From assembly GCA_000002445.1 (NCBI GenBank), contig CM000208.1, forward strand, positions 864,001 through 928,000: 64,000 bases of DNA, in the 5' to 3' direction. The position numbers and the translations under genes were made by a program. The notes under the pieces were generated by a model, which was given only the letters and a program-made list of their open reading frames with translations, was not told the DNA's origin and searched no databases. The stretch is from Trypanosoma brucei. Taxonomy: Eukaryota. Positions 12,401 through 23,328 of the stretch are shown in pieces. The stretch's first letter is position 1, and each line of letters starts with the position of its first letter.

Positions 12401-13300
12401 CTGTTGGATTCGTCGACAAGAAAAAGCAACGAACTGTTTATGCCCTCTCCAACAAGCCCATTTCATCTAGGGGATAAGAGGCAATCATCATCAGCGTTTG
12501 CTCCGGATCTTTCGTTTGACTTCTCTGCCTTTAATTCGGAGACATTGTACGCTACAAAGCAACTGGTGAGGGAACTTACGGAACGTGAGGAGAAATGGAG
12601 GCGAGCTACTGAGGACGATTCACTGCCTCCAAACACAGAAGAATGTGGCATTAGCGTCTTGCCTTGGGGAGCTCGAAAGTTGCTTCACGATCGGCTGCCG
12701 CTCATGTGGCAGTTTGCACCGTGGCGCCTTATATACGGTACGCGTTTCCACGGTTATAGTTACTCTAATATGATAAACGCGTGCCAGCGCGAAGTCAACA
12801 ACGCTAAGAGGGACGGGAAGCAGCCGAAAATGATATTGTTACTGGAGCTAGACATGTCAGCAGTGTGTTTGGAGGATGTCGTGACTGAAGAGGGAAACGA
12901 AAAAAAAGGAGGGTTCGTGATTGGTGTATGTATGTCACATCCTCTTTCTTTGGACAATAGGAGATTTTACGGTGGGAGCACAACGTTTGTTTTTCAAATA
13001 CGTATTCCTCCTTCTCCACAGGAACCCGCAATCCGAACCTTCCACGCCACGGGGAGGAATGAAAAGTTCATAAATTGTACTCCCCAAAGAATTGCCATAG
13101 GTGGAGGAGGTGGCTGTAGCCTTTTTCTCAGTAACTCTATTTCTAGTGGTTCCACTGCTGCATGCGTCACGTTTGACTCCCCACCACTAACGCACTGGAG
13201 AGATCCATCGTTGCCGTCGTTGAGCGCCGGTCCTTCCACCTCAGATAGCGTGAGCAGCTTTGATATTCGGACTGTTGAGGTGATTGTCGTTGGAGAGTAG
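9482..13300 (+). CDS. Large TLDc-domain-containing protein of 1272 aa from ATG 9482. The track ORF begins at a TTG at 9386.
   Basis: The C-terminal 170 aa match the TLDc fold signature (PLMWQFAPWRLIYGTRFHGYSYSNMINAC ... KMILLLELDMSAV ... GGFVIGVCMSHPLSLDNRRFYGGSTTFVFQI ... RIAIGGGGGCSLFLSNSISSGSTAACVTFDSPPL), as in OXR1, NCOA7 and TBC1D24. The long N-terminal region has no recognisable domain. Confidence 0.7.
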   Translation: MSGRGGSRAQSPCVTPSRCFLTNPFKISPAQTPKTTYLMRILGESIRRSSNVVATVAATVVLLEDDGFSTNSEFLMKWWRMLERCLGELAGVVNSCEENIREKDMRVLLALSHGFALAAQLSSLERRFLACLHRFAEVCEGAETVGAGEKLSGALSDITSLLKGEETILVAIRRQEANYIEKAIALQEEVFRVGEEGEPFFGKVEEPETRRTYLGSLWHALTAPFDDSEEVNNEQLVAADGGDWSQLISTFGSGGGASVCNWDDSMLLNSIVECAFASAEQQHTLLSERNFAVALFLFSTKCNVLEELVEVCFQLRLGNGGLFGFEKLMYTDVSSQRERTVDWLSTILSPLREDVLHLELCDGNPKPPYFVAVVFLTLLWNTTYCMWKRGCIREAYEWLRVVDLGQLRRMAKAEDERGMKREISPESGVNSEAEDVGNVQEELKYTGSLSWDYIVHRAAGCPGPDRAKQVHRHSEVDFRHDRSGQLMWFVHHISCLRNACALALLCSTPHDVMYIISKFHHSRRWQWRQCVYLHESAKDAGANLSAEFGVVDSKFEVLSLTNFIVENYLARRSVRMYHFRSPPSPRKATSSDTTIEGSVVHVCDELICSMSYGRFSGVKEMEEAMFSELFGACCEGEIGEETGGEATTEGDDGSQRRLNWLEVHVAKVAVAFARDFRGNIYFQNAWVGTERGARSEKHSGGGAEEASWSSVLPLVKGLHGSAAHPPMPTDAGGGNQPINACSQGTTHHEFEKEPQGLLRHVSCMVPVRMTPPRVEHQAENERCTLWLPSRKGVGLLLLPEETDVNGEYDSFGEVALRLLVIACRYCDSMKLLPLHSRFSHHAVPEAGRVDAENNDHLSGWDSCHALLPSVVHELNVGLSLITDELRSSAGGDVLSVWHQQRDSSISRFRLNHLVSVTLHGLCSDALTSIELQMREESSVISARCTISQAVGAVQESDQGELTVIDSCSTPRDLLLDSSTRKSNELFMPSPTSPFHLGDKRQSSSAFAPDLSFDFSAFNSETLYATKQLVRELTEREEKWRRATEDDSLPPNTEECGISVLPWGARKLLHDRLPLMWQFAPWRLIYGTRFHGYSYSNMINACQREVNNAKRDGKQPKMILLLELDMSAVCLEDVVTEEGNEKKGGFVIGVCMSHPLSLDNRRFYGGSTTFVFQIRIPPSPQEPAIRTFHATGRNEKFINCTPQRIAIGGGGGCSLFLSNSISSGSTAACVTFDSPPLTHWRDPSLPSLSAGPSTSDSVSSFDIRTVEVIVVGE
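12690..13200 (+). other. TLDc domain, nucleotide span inside CDS 9482..13300.
   Basis: Contains the TLDc core motifs W..LLY....G.S...F, GGY....W, FYG...F.F and the terminal IGGGGG....L.nGsS..c.TF segment. Confidence 0.7.
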
Positions 13301-13650
13301 CAATGTAACTCACCGCTTACTCCTGGCATCGTGTTTCTTTTTTTTTTTTTCCCTTCTCTCCCGTCTTCGTTTTTTTTCTTTTCCGTGCATATATCTTCTC
13401 TTAAGGGGGTTATGCTTATGTTTTATGGTCTCCTCTTCATTTCTTTGTGCACTGTTTGACCCTTTCAGTCTCACACATTATTCGTTTGCTTTTCATCTTT
13501 ATCGTATCATCTGATGGTCGTGTTTTTTCTTCTTCTTTTTACATCCTTTTGTTAATGGTGCCGGGTGCTATCAGTTCCCTTGTTCGTCACGGATGAGTTT
13601 TTTGCGCGCAAGGAGGAGACAAAATGCTGCAGTAACATTGTTGTTTCCCT

Positions 13651-13671
13651 TATATATATATATATATATAT
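13651..13671. repeat. (TA)10 microsatellite in an intergenic region.
   Basis: Read directly: tatatatatatatatatatat. Confidence 0.9.
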
Positions 13672-14648
13672 TTTCCTTACTGGCGCTTGTCTAAAGGCAG
13701 GCCACTACGTGCAAAGCATCATAGGAGAAGGTGTAGGGGAATGTCAGAACGAAAATGGCCACATCAACAAATAAAATATGGGCTTATAAACTTAGTGAAT
13801 TTCTTTCTTGCTGCTAATGACGCTTGTGGTGTCTTACCTCTCACCTCCCCCCTTGATTGTATTTTTTACCTTTATGGCTTGACAATCTTTTACCTCCTCT
13901 CTTTTCACTATTTATCTTTATTTTGTTATGCAGGCACTCGAAGGTGCACATTTAGACCTGTTGGACGATCGAATAAGAAAAAAAAACCGTGCGCAAACCG
14001 AGAGACAAAGCAAAATTAACTCGATTGTTTTAAGGGAAGAGGTTGTTGTACCACAAGGAAGGAAAGAAAACAAAGAGAGTGCGAGAAGCGATACTGATAT
14101 ATATATATATATATCACAAGCAAACACACACGCACCGGTATTTGAGAGGATTCGGGAACTCTTCGCGTGAGCCCAGTTGAAGCTTTCCTTTTAGCTTTAG
14201 TTTCAACACTTCGGGTAAGTGAAACTTAGCGGAGGGCACAAGTTGAGCGAAGAAAATTAAAAAAAAAAGAAGGAAGGACATCGAGGAGGAACCGCATTGA
14301 ACCTCCAAAATCGTGTGTTTATAGAAATCCCCGCACTCAGGTCCTCACTGACGTGAAGAAAAGAGAGGGGAGAGCCAACGAAACGTACACAGAAGAAAAT
14401 TTTTTGTCGCACAAATATATATATATTTAAATATTTATTTGTTTATTACATATACACATAAGAAAGGTACTTCAGATACCCAGTGAAGAAGAATCCTGGA
14501 AAAGTAAAAAAAAAAAGAAAGGAGAGAGCAAACAAAAAGAAGTTCGAAGCGTGTGCTTTAGAAGTAACCCACACCTTGAAAGAGTAAAACGTACGATACC
14601 GAAACCATTAGGTCGGATCGTTGCACACACGCGCAAAGAGAGAAACGA

Positions 14649-14666
14649 AGAGAGAGAGAGAGAGAG
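14649..14666. repeat. (GA)n microsatellite in an intergenic region.
   Basis: Read directly: gagagagagagagagagc. Confidence 0.8.
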
Positions 14667-15335
14667 CGGGAAGAAAAAACAATAACAATAAGAACCACAT
14701 TAAGAACCTTCACCAGAAGCGGTTAGAGCGCCATTGGGTTAGATACGGCAGAAGTTCCATAGTGGTGCAAAGACACTGGACAGCAGCGAAAGGCACTAGA
14801 AGGGAGTGAAACACAAAAGAAAAAGAAACCGGCTACAATTTGAAAGAAGAAGGGAAAGGAAAAGGAAGGAGGAGGAGGATTTTTTTTTTTAAAGAAGTTG
14901 TAGCTCTTCGGTTAGCAAACTGATATCACAACTTAGGATACACTCACTCCTGACTCACTTAGAAGCGTAAGCAAGGAAAAAATAAAAAGATAAGACGGAA
15001 AACAAATTTCTCTCTAAGTGTGGTAAGAAACTGAACGGAACCGAGAAAGAAAAAAAAAAGAAGTCGCAAGCACAGAAAAGCAAGCGAATTGGTTGAACAC
15101 GAAAACAAGCAGGCGAAAAGGTTAACAGCAAAAAAAAAAAGGTCCACAGACGCACTACACTTACATTGTGAGGGCTCCACAAGCGTTTAGTTTTTTGTTT
15201 ACCTGCCCGTGGCACTACCTCGCGTATTACACGTTTAGGGGGGGGTTGATTCGGATAAGAAACTAAAATAGTAACAGAAGATCGTTTAGACAGACGTTTT
15301 TGATAAAGACCGTAAAAAGGGAGACAGCAGATCAG

Positions 15336-16697
15336 ATGGAGGCATCCGTGACAACAAATGAAATTACTGCTGAACCAGCTGCAAATCAAATGCAACTTTC
15401 TAATGAGTATGCAAGCAGTCGGTTTTCCTTAGCAGTGGCTGAGAAGGTTGGAAACAGAAGTCAAGAAGGCAGTGAAAGTCGTGACGTGGTTGATCACTGG
15501 GGTCAGAGTGTTCTTCAACTTTCAATTGTAGGCCTTGGAGGGTCCCGGGGAAGTTTCGGTAATTTTTCCATTGCTTCGGAGTTACTTTCGCTTGGGGAAC
15601 GCAACGAGGAGGAGCAATCTGTGATGCAGCAACGAGCGCCTCTCACAAATCCGGTTGGTGAAGTCGTGCATGCGACGAGTGGCGCGCGGGGGTTTGCGTT
15701 TTCCCCAGTCCAACGAATTCCCTCAGGTGTTTCTCAAAGAAACGAGGCGTCAATTGGGTATAATGATGACATTAGTCGTTCTTCCTCGTGCTCGTCCGGT
15801 AGTGAAGTGATGAGACAGGAGATGCGTCGTGGTGGCGTTCAAAGAACCGAAGTGAAATTGCATCTTTCGCATTCAAATGCTGACGTTGATGCTGAGGAGG
15901 AAGATATATCGACAATCAGGGCAACACCAACAGGTGGTGCGGTAGACACATTAAATGAGTTGTATGGTATTGATAGATATTTCACTTTTCACTACAACCC
16001 TGAGAGAGTGGTTACGCCAATCGATTGTGGTGATCAATGCAGCGGTGGAGGCAGTGGTGTTTCCACAGTCGCCACCGCTGCAGGATTGGAGAGTCAACGT
16101 GAAAGTGACGATAATAGGGTCGCTATGACCCATGAAGAAGATGAGATTGTGGGCGTGACGGCGGAAGGCGAATTTATTTACCGCCGTGATATTGTTGAGG
16201 GGCCAGACCGGCAGCGATGGCAGTCATTTTACCAGCCTATAAACAGACGGTCCAGTGAGCTCGGCGTTAACGAGTGCGTGCCATCCCTCATTCCCTCTAT
16301 GACCATTAATTCTGCACCAACAAGAGTTGAGTCAGGTCCTGCAACCACTACAGAGCCTTACCCTCAGGATCAGTACAATAACCGCTTTCACCCGCTTCAA
16401 AGTTTCGAACGGGTTGCCACTCAACTTCCGCATCTTTCCCGTGAAGCACCTCACGAGGGATTTACTGAGCGTGAGAGTGAGTGGACAGAAGAAGAAAGGG
16501 AGTCTTACCGGCTACTGATGCGGTACCGCCTGTGCGAAAATGAGGAAGAATTTGAATACGAGAAACTTCTCAATTCTGTGAGCACCTTGCGTGAAACTCT
16601 CCACCGGAAACCTATCGAAATGCTGCAACGGCGCCTTGAGGAAAGGCAGCAATTCGCCCGCTCAGGACTTGGAATGCCGCTTGCGCTCCGTTGGTGA
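15336..16697 (+). CDS. Hypothetical protein of 453 aa from ATG 15336 (MEASVTTNE...). The track ORF starts at a TTG at 15300.
   Basis: Long + strand ORF, Ser/Glu-rich with an acidic C-terminal half, no recognisable domain. Preceded by about 2 kb of AT-rich, low-complexity intergenic sequence. Confidence 0.5.
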   Translation: MEASVTTNEITAEPAANQMQLSNEYASSRFSLAVAEKVGNRSQEGSESRDVVDHWGQSVLQLSIVGLGGSRGSFGNFSIASELLSLGERNEEEQSVMQQRAPLTNPVGEVVHATSGARGFAFSPVQRIPSGVSQRNEASIGYNDDISRSSSCSSGSEVMRQEMRRGGVQRTEVKLHLSHSNADVDAEEEDISTIRATPTGGAVDTLNELYGIDRYFTFHYNPERVVTPIDCGDQCSGGGSGVSTVATAAGLESQRESDDNRVAMTHEEDEIVGVTAEGEFIYRRDIVEGPDRQRWQSFYQPINRRSSELGVNECVPSLIPSMTINSAPTRVESGPATTTEPYPQDQYNNRFHPLQSFERVATQLPHLSREAPHEGFTERESEWTEEERESYRLLMRYRLCENEEEFEYEKLLNSVSTLRETLHRKPIEMLQRRLEERQQFARSGLGMPLALRW

Positions 16698-19600
16698 AGG
16701 TGTACTGGAGTCACGGAGCAAGGCGTAAAGGATCGTATATAACTATTCTCACCCCTTCGTTTCCATTAAAATAAAATGGTAATAATGGAGAAAACTGGAA
16801 AATGTGATTTTGGGGGGGGGAATTGTAAAAGAAATGAGCTGATGACGGCCTCTTCATGTTTGGCGGTGCTATCGGGTCTATTTCGTTCCACTCCTTTGCC
16901 CCTTTTCCAGTAACGTTCTCTTTATTTCTTTACGCCTTTCTTTTTTTGTTTATCATTACCAATATGATTAAACTTCTGTAATACGAAGCTTTATTCTTCA
17001 TAAAATTTTTCCTTTTATGTGGTAACTAGAATGAATCTTGCCCTTACAAGGGCACAAATTCCAGCTTAGCAAATCGTTTTTACATTTTCTTTCCCTTCCC
17101 TTCTCTTTTTTTATTGTTTGGCTACATGTTCCCCCTACCGTACCTTTACTTCCACTTGTACTCCACCTCCGTACAGAAAAAAATCGAGGAGTATAATTAA
17201 CCGACAAATAATAATTATTTATTGGTGCACTCCTTCCTTTCTTATTTTTGTCCCCTTCTCACCTCAAACCGTATTTATTGTGTAACCACATTTAACGTCG
17301 CAGTTCAGCTATCTTAAACACATTCCATATTTTGTACTTTTGTTTGTATTGTGTTACATCGGTTCATTCAAATGGCGTGCGTGTGTGTTTATCTTTATGT
17401 GGTGGGCTAATGAGATGCAAATACACATTTTCCGTTTCCCTTTCTGCGCTTCTCCCTTGTTGATGTTTTTTTTGTTTGTTTTCTCCCTTTCATCTCCTTC
17501 TCTTCCCCCTCCTCAACACATTTTGTGTATGTATTTCCCAAACAACTGCCGTTTTTCTTTCGCTCATCTCGTTCCCTTGTTTTTTTTTTAGAAGTGGGTG
17601 TCCACAGAAGTGACGGGAAAGGCGGCGGAGGTAAAACACAGTTACCGTTGAAACCCAATAGAAGATGAAGCGGATGAATACAAAAAGAAAAAAAATATAA
17701 TAGTTGTGAGGTGATAGGGAAATTGGAGAAACACATTCAGAATTGTTGTGTGGGGAAGATATAGATGGCTCTTTCTTTCTTTCTTTCTTTTTGTCGTTTG
17801 ATTTTATGCAACACTTTGTTGGTGGTACAGTAATACATGTGCTTTTCTTTAATTTTTTGCGTAAATGTTGTGCATGTACGGTGAAGGTAAGGAAGCGCAT
17901 TCAGTGTCGCATTTGCAGAAAATTAATAGCCGTAGTGTGGAGAAGAAGGAAAGAAAAAAAGATGATGATTATGATGATGGGCGATACGCTTACGCATATA
18001 TTTATTTACTTATATATTTATATACAAGCACATGGGGGGGGGGAGAAGACGAAGGAAAGGAAAATGGTGGTGTGGATTAGGAAAGTGGCGCAGCATATTG
18101 AGTTAAGTGTAAATGTATTTGCCACTTAAATATGTGATACATAGCGGTGTGACTCTTCACAGCGAAATCGGTAGCAAAGAAAAGGTGAGGAATGAATTTT
18201 TTTTTTTAAAAAAGAAAAAAATTGTTAAGGTTGCCATGTTGTTTGTCATTTCCCTCCCTCGTAATATCTCTCATTAGCTTTCAACCTGAATTTGTTGTAT
18301 ATGCCATTTTGGACACCTTCTCCTCCATTACTTCCCGTAGCGATGGCTTTGTAGGGAAAAGTGGAAGGAATTCTCATTCGTTTATTTATTTATATTATGA
18401 CAATGTTTGAGATACGTGTGTCCTGCTTTTTTTTTTTTTTTAGACATGATACAAACAAATACATCATATATTTATTTATATAATTATATGTTTGGAGGAG
18501 AATGGGTTCGGTAAGTGAGCGAGAGATATGTGAGGGAACGGTGTTGGCACTTGATTTTTTTTTTTCAATTTATGTTATTGCTTTTTTTTTGGGGGGGGAG
18601 GAGGGGGGCTTTTCATTATTAACACCCGCTGCGTTGAGTTTGCTTCGATATCCCATTTCCTTATTTATGGATGCATAAATAATAAATAATATATATATAT
18701 CTTTTAGAACCAGTGAGAGCAGATGAGGATTGGGAACGAGCAAGTGAATAGAATAAAGTGCGGGACATCGAATTTGTTTATTAATGAAAGCAAAATGTTT
18801 GATCAGTCGCCACCTCTTCGTTTGTCCTTTGTGTCTTTTATATTTTATTTCATTGCTATCCCTGTTCTTATTAACGTTATTATTCTCCTATTCGTGGTTG
18901 TTGGTATTCGTCGTACGTATTTGCGAATGCGTAATCACAAATAATAAAATTAATAACAACATTAATGAGGACAAGTAGCGATGATGGTATACGGTCATTT
19001 TATTATTTGATGATTTATCCTTTTATCTTTTTATTTATTTATTTTTCTTCCTTTCTTCTTTCCTTGTTTTGGAGCACGTCCTGTTCATATCTTTATTTAT
19101 TTATTTTTCCACCACCTCCCCCTCCCCTTCGTTCTTCCCTTTGATTTATTTTGTTGCCATCAATCATTTGCTGGTGGTAAAGTTATATTTGAAAATATAT
19201 GATATGAACTTAAATTGTGAAGGACGTGACGTGGGCAGGAATTTATTAATGGAGGGAAAGGGTAAAAAAAAAAAGATAGCACATTTATTTATTTATATTT
19301 ATTTATACATATGCGCCACAAACCGATGGGGAGAAATGAAAATATCCTTGATTTTGTTTGTGGTTTTCGTCCATTTACATTCATTTTTTTTTCTAATTTA
19401 TGGTCTCATTAACTCTTTCGTTTCTGTGACTTGTTTTTTTTTTTCAGTTGTCGTGGAAGAACCTGCATTATTTTGGTGTATTCAATTAGATATGACAATC
19501 CTCCCCTTTTATGCAATTAATTTCTTTATTATTGTTATTGTTTTGGTCCCGTTTGAAAATGTGGCACGCACCTTACTTTCGCTTCAAATTATAGCGCGAC

Positions 19601-22600
19601 TAAATACTTTTTTCTTTTTCTTTTTTTTGCTTTCCTTTTTTTTAAAAAAAAATATTTATATATATTTATAATCCTCACTAACGGCTTTGAAACCATCTTT
19701 TTATTATCATTTGAGTCGTGTCGTGTCTTTTTTTTTTCTGTTAAAAAAGTATTATTATGATTTTAATTTTTTCTGCAGCGGCATTATTTTAATTCCCTTC
19801 ATTTTTTTATTACCTTTCCGACCTGCCTTACAGGAAGGTTTTTTTTTAAAAAAAAAGAAAAACTGAAGCGGAAAATAATATAAGTAACAATAATAATGGG
19901 TTGAAGGATAATATCAATTTAAAATTATTATTGACATTATGACAGAGGAAATGAGATAAATGATTTATTTTACGTATTTGTTTTATTATCTTACTTGTAT
20001 TTGAGTGAAATTGTCAACTCTTATGTTTATAGAAACATCGCCTGATGTGACAAAGACTATTTTGAAGAAAAATGAAAGAAAAAGCAAACAAAACGTGTTG
20101 ATTTATTACTATTGTTATTATTATTATTATTATGTTGCTGCCGTTTTCATTGTGGATTATTTTCTTTTATTCCCCCTTTTGTATGGTGGTTGTTATAGAG
20201 TGCGTAAGAAAATGCACCCCTCTCTTTTTTTTTTTTAATTTCCGCCTACAGGGTTAAACATTCCTTTGAAAGTTGCGAAAAGCACAAATAAAATGATGAT
20301 AATAATAATAATAATACACCACCTTAAACTCACATATATATATATATATTTTCTCCCACCTTCCCTCCTCCCCTCGTGAATGTGTGTTTCCACACAAGTT
20401 AGCCCTCCTTATTTATTTCTTTTTTTTTTAAAAAAAAGAAATCAAAACAATACTATTTTTTTTTGTGTGTTTTATTTGTTTTATTTATAGAAGGAGGTAT
20501 TAGTGAATATCGTTCTGCATATATGATGTACTGCGGTGCATCATTTGTAGGCATGTTGATTGCTACCTATTGTGTAGTACTTTTTATTTTGATCTGAATG
20601 TTCACATGTATGCAATTCAGAAATTAAAAAAAAATAATGTATATATATATATAAGAAATAAAGGAGAAAAAAAAAGAAAAGAGGGAGGACAAAATGGAAA
20701 AGGAAATTCCGTCGTGTCAAAGTTGCGTTGTATCTCCGCCTTTGCTGCCTTTTTTCTTTCATTTCTTTTTCTTATTTTCCTTCTTTTTTTAATTTTTTTT
20801 TTTTTAAACGGGTGGTGACTTCCATCCTTTCATTTCATCACTCTTTATATTACATTTCATCTCTTCAAGAACTCATTTATTGGTGATGGTTTTGTGTTTG
20901 TTTGTTTTTTTATGCCATAATTTTTTTTTCTAAAAAAATAATAATAATTATTATTAACTATTGTTGTCATTGGGCTGCGTGTAACGCGCGTTGGAGAGTT
21001 TGTTTGAGCGGTATTCTCGACATTAAAGAAAGAAAAGGGGAAGAAAAGGCTGTGCGGACGAATAAATGACAAAACACGGAAGTAAACGAGTACGAACAAA
21101 AAGAAAAAGAAATATGTATTTATATTCATTTATATGTACCATATTTCTTTTTTTTTTTTACGTTTATTTTGTTCAACCATGCGCGTGTATTGTGTAGATG
21201 ATATTAGAAATTCTGTAAGTTTGAGTGGAGGTGACAAAAAAGCTCTTTTTTTTTTCTTGAACTTTCTTTTGGACCATATTTATTTGTTGTGAACTTATTA
21301 CTTGTTACAAAATAATAAAAAACTACCAATGCAAAAATGTTGGGGTTTGAATTATGGGGACGCACGTGTGCTCAAAAAGACAGGAGAAAATGAGGGACAT
21401 GCGGAAAAATAAAGGAGATTTTATGGGTGTTATGGTTTAGAGTTTCATTTTCTTATTGTTTAATTTTTACTTTTCATTTTTTTTTACTTTTTGTTATTAT
21501 TTGCGGTTACTTTTTTTTTTGTGTGCGAATACGCTGTGAAGGTAACTTGCAAGTGAGCCGCGTTGCCCATATTAATATGTTGTATTTTATCTTCCTTTTT
21601 GCTCCCTTTGTATATAGTTAGAGTCATGCATACCCGTATGTTTGTGTGACACTTTTTTGTTTTTTCTTCTTTTTCGATATATTTGTTCATGGGCTTTTGG
21701 CATTTTTTTTTCTGTTTTTATTTTTGTTTTTGTATGTATGTGAGGCATGACAGGCTTCTTAACTTTGTTTCTTCGTCTTCCTCCTCTCTTATCTGTCTTT
21801 TTTGTTACGAAGGAAATTTTTTAAAAAAAATTCCTTCGTTCTCTTTCCCTTTCCCTTTCTCTGTTTCTTTTTCTGTTTTTCCACATTCTATTTTTTTTAT
21901 ATGGTTTTTCATCTTATTTATTTAAGCTGCATGTTTACTTTTGTATAGATGGCGCATATCCGACTAGTTGCAGTGGTGCGAGAAAGAGAGGAAATAAAAA
22001 AAAAAAGAGAAGAAGAGAGGAAGCAAAAATAAATACAAAAGGAGAAAAAAATAAAGTGAGGGGGTTTGGGTTGGGTGGATGAAGGAGTAATCACTACTTT
22101 TTGTTTGTTTTTTTTAGCAATAATTCCGAAACGCGACGAATCAGCTTTAAGTGCTTTACGTACTGATGTTACATCTCAAAAAAAAAAAAGGAAAAAGGTG
22201 AACAAGATACACATACGCAATTTTATTGTCTTTTTTGTTGTTGTTGTTAGAGAGGGAGAGGAGTATGACTATTTGTGGACCCAGAAATAGATTGGCAATC
22301 TTTTTTTTTTTCCTATTTTGGTTGAAAAAGTTTGGCATTCTCAATGCCAAAGAGAACTGAGAAGAAGGTAACACATCATGTCATATATATTTTTTAAAAA
22401 AAGACGCATTGCTTCACTTGCTGCGGTGTATGATTTTGTGTGTATTTGTGGATGGGGATAATAGTGTTGTCACTATACTTAGTTTTGTTAAATCTCGATG
22501 TTAATGTTGTGTCTGTTATGACTATTGCCACTATTAGAAATATTTTAAGGTGATTTTGACATTTTTGTATGGCTGCGGTTTGTTTGTTTGTGTGTGTGTG

Positions 22601-23303
22601 TGTATTTGTGTGGAAGCTTGAGGCATCAGGAGGTTGTGAATCACGTGAAGAATATGCTGTTGTTTTTTTTTTCCGTTAGATGGAATAGTGATGACATCAC
22701 TATATTTCTTTACATCCTTCTTATATATTTTTCTTTTATTATTCTTTACAATACAATACAGCAAACAAATAAATATACAAACACAAACTCAAATTCCTCT
22801 GTACCACAAGGAACTTTATCTGTGAAGGATCTTGCAGTAATGAAAAGGAGGCACATATTTGTGTTTGTTTGCGTTTGAGTGTTTAAGTGGATAACACTGT
22901 TTAGACACCGCTTCAAGTGGTCCTATAGGGAGAATTGGACCATTATTTACAGATTGAAACACCATTCGTTAGGATGTGTTGCCGTCTCTTTGTTTTTTTT
23001 TCTTATCACTTTTGTTTTTATTTTTAAGTTTTCCCCCGTATACACCTATTTCGGATCTTCACGTCCATAATGAAACTCTTTGTACATACCACTCTTTTTC
23101 TTTTTGTGATGTTCGTCACTACTCTCCTGAAAATAAATGTCTCTTATTTTTCTTTTCTTGTGTAATTTAGCGTTTGCCTCCATTATATAAGGAAATACTC
23201 TCCCAAAGTAGCAATAAGTAAAGCCAATAGGGAGGGGAACTGGAAGCCACAGTATATAATACGAAACGCTTTAATATTATCCTTCTCAATATACAAGTGT
23301 CAG

Positions 23304-23318
23304 CTTTTTTTTTTCCGC
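23304..23318 (+). promoter_or_regulatory. Poly-T/pyrimidine tract, putative trans-splice acceptor signal for the gene at 23329.
   Basis: A ttttttttttccgct run sits immediately upstream of the first ATG (23329). Confidence 0.35.
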
Positions 23319-23328
23319 TGTGGAGGTA

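Noticed and set aside
17743-19671. ORFs in the 16.7-23.3 kb gap, for example 17743..18129, 19069..19671, 21683..21925.
   Set aside because: They translate AT-rich, homopolymer, low-complexity sequence (F/L/I/Y-rich junk peptides), mostly with non-ATG starts, and have no protein-like composition.
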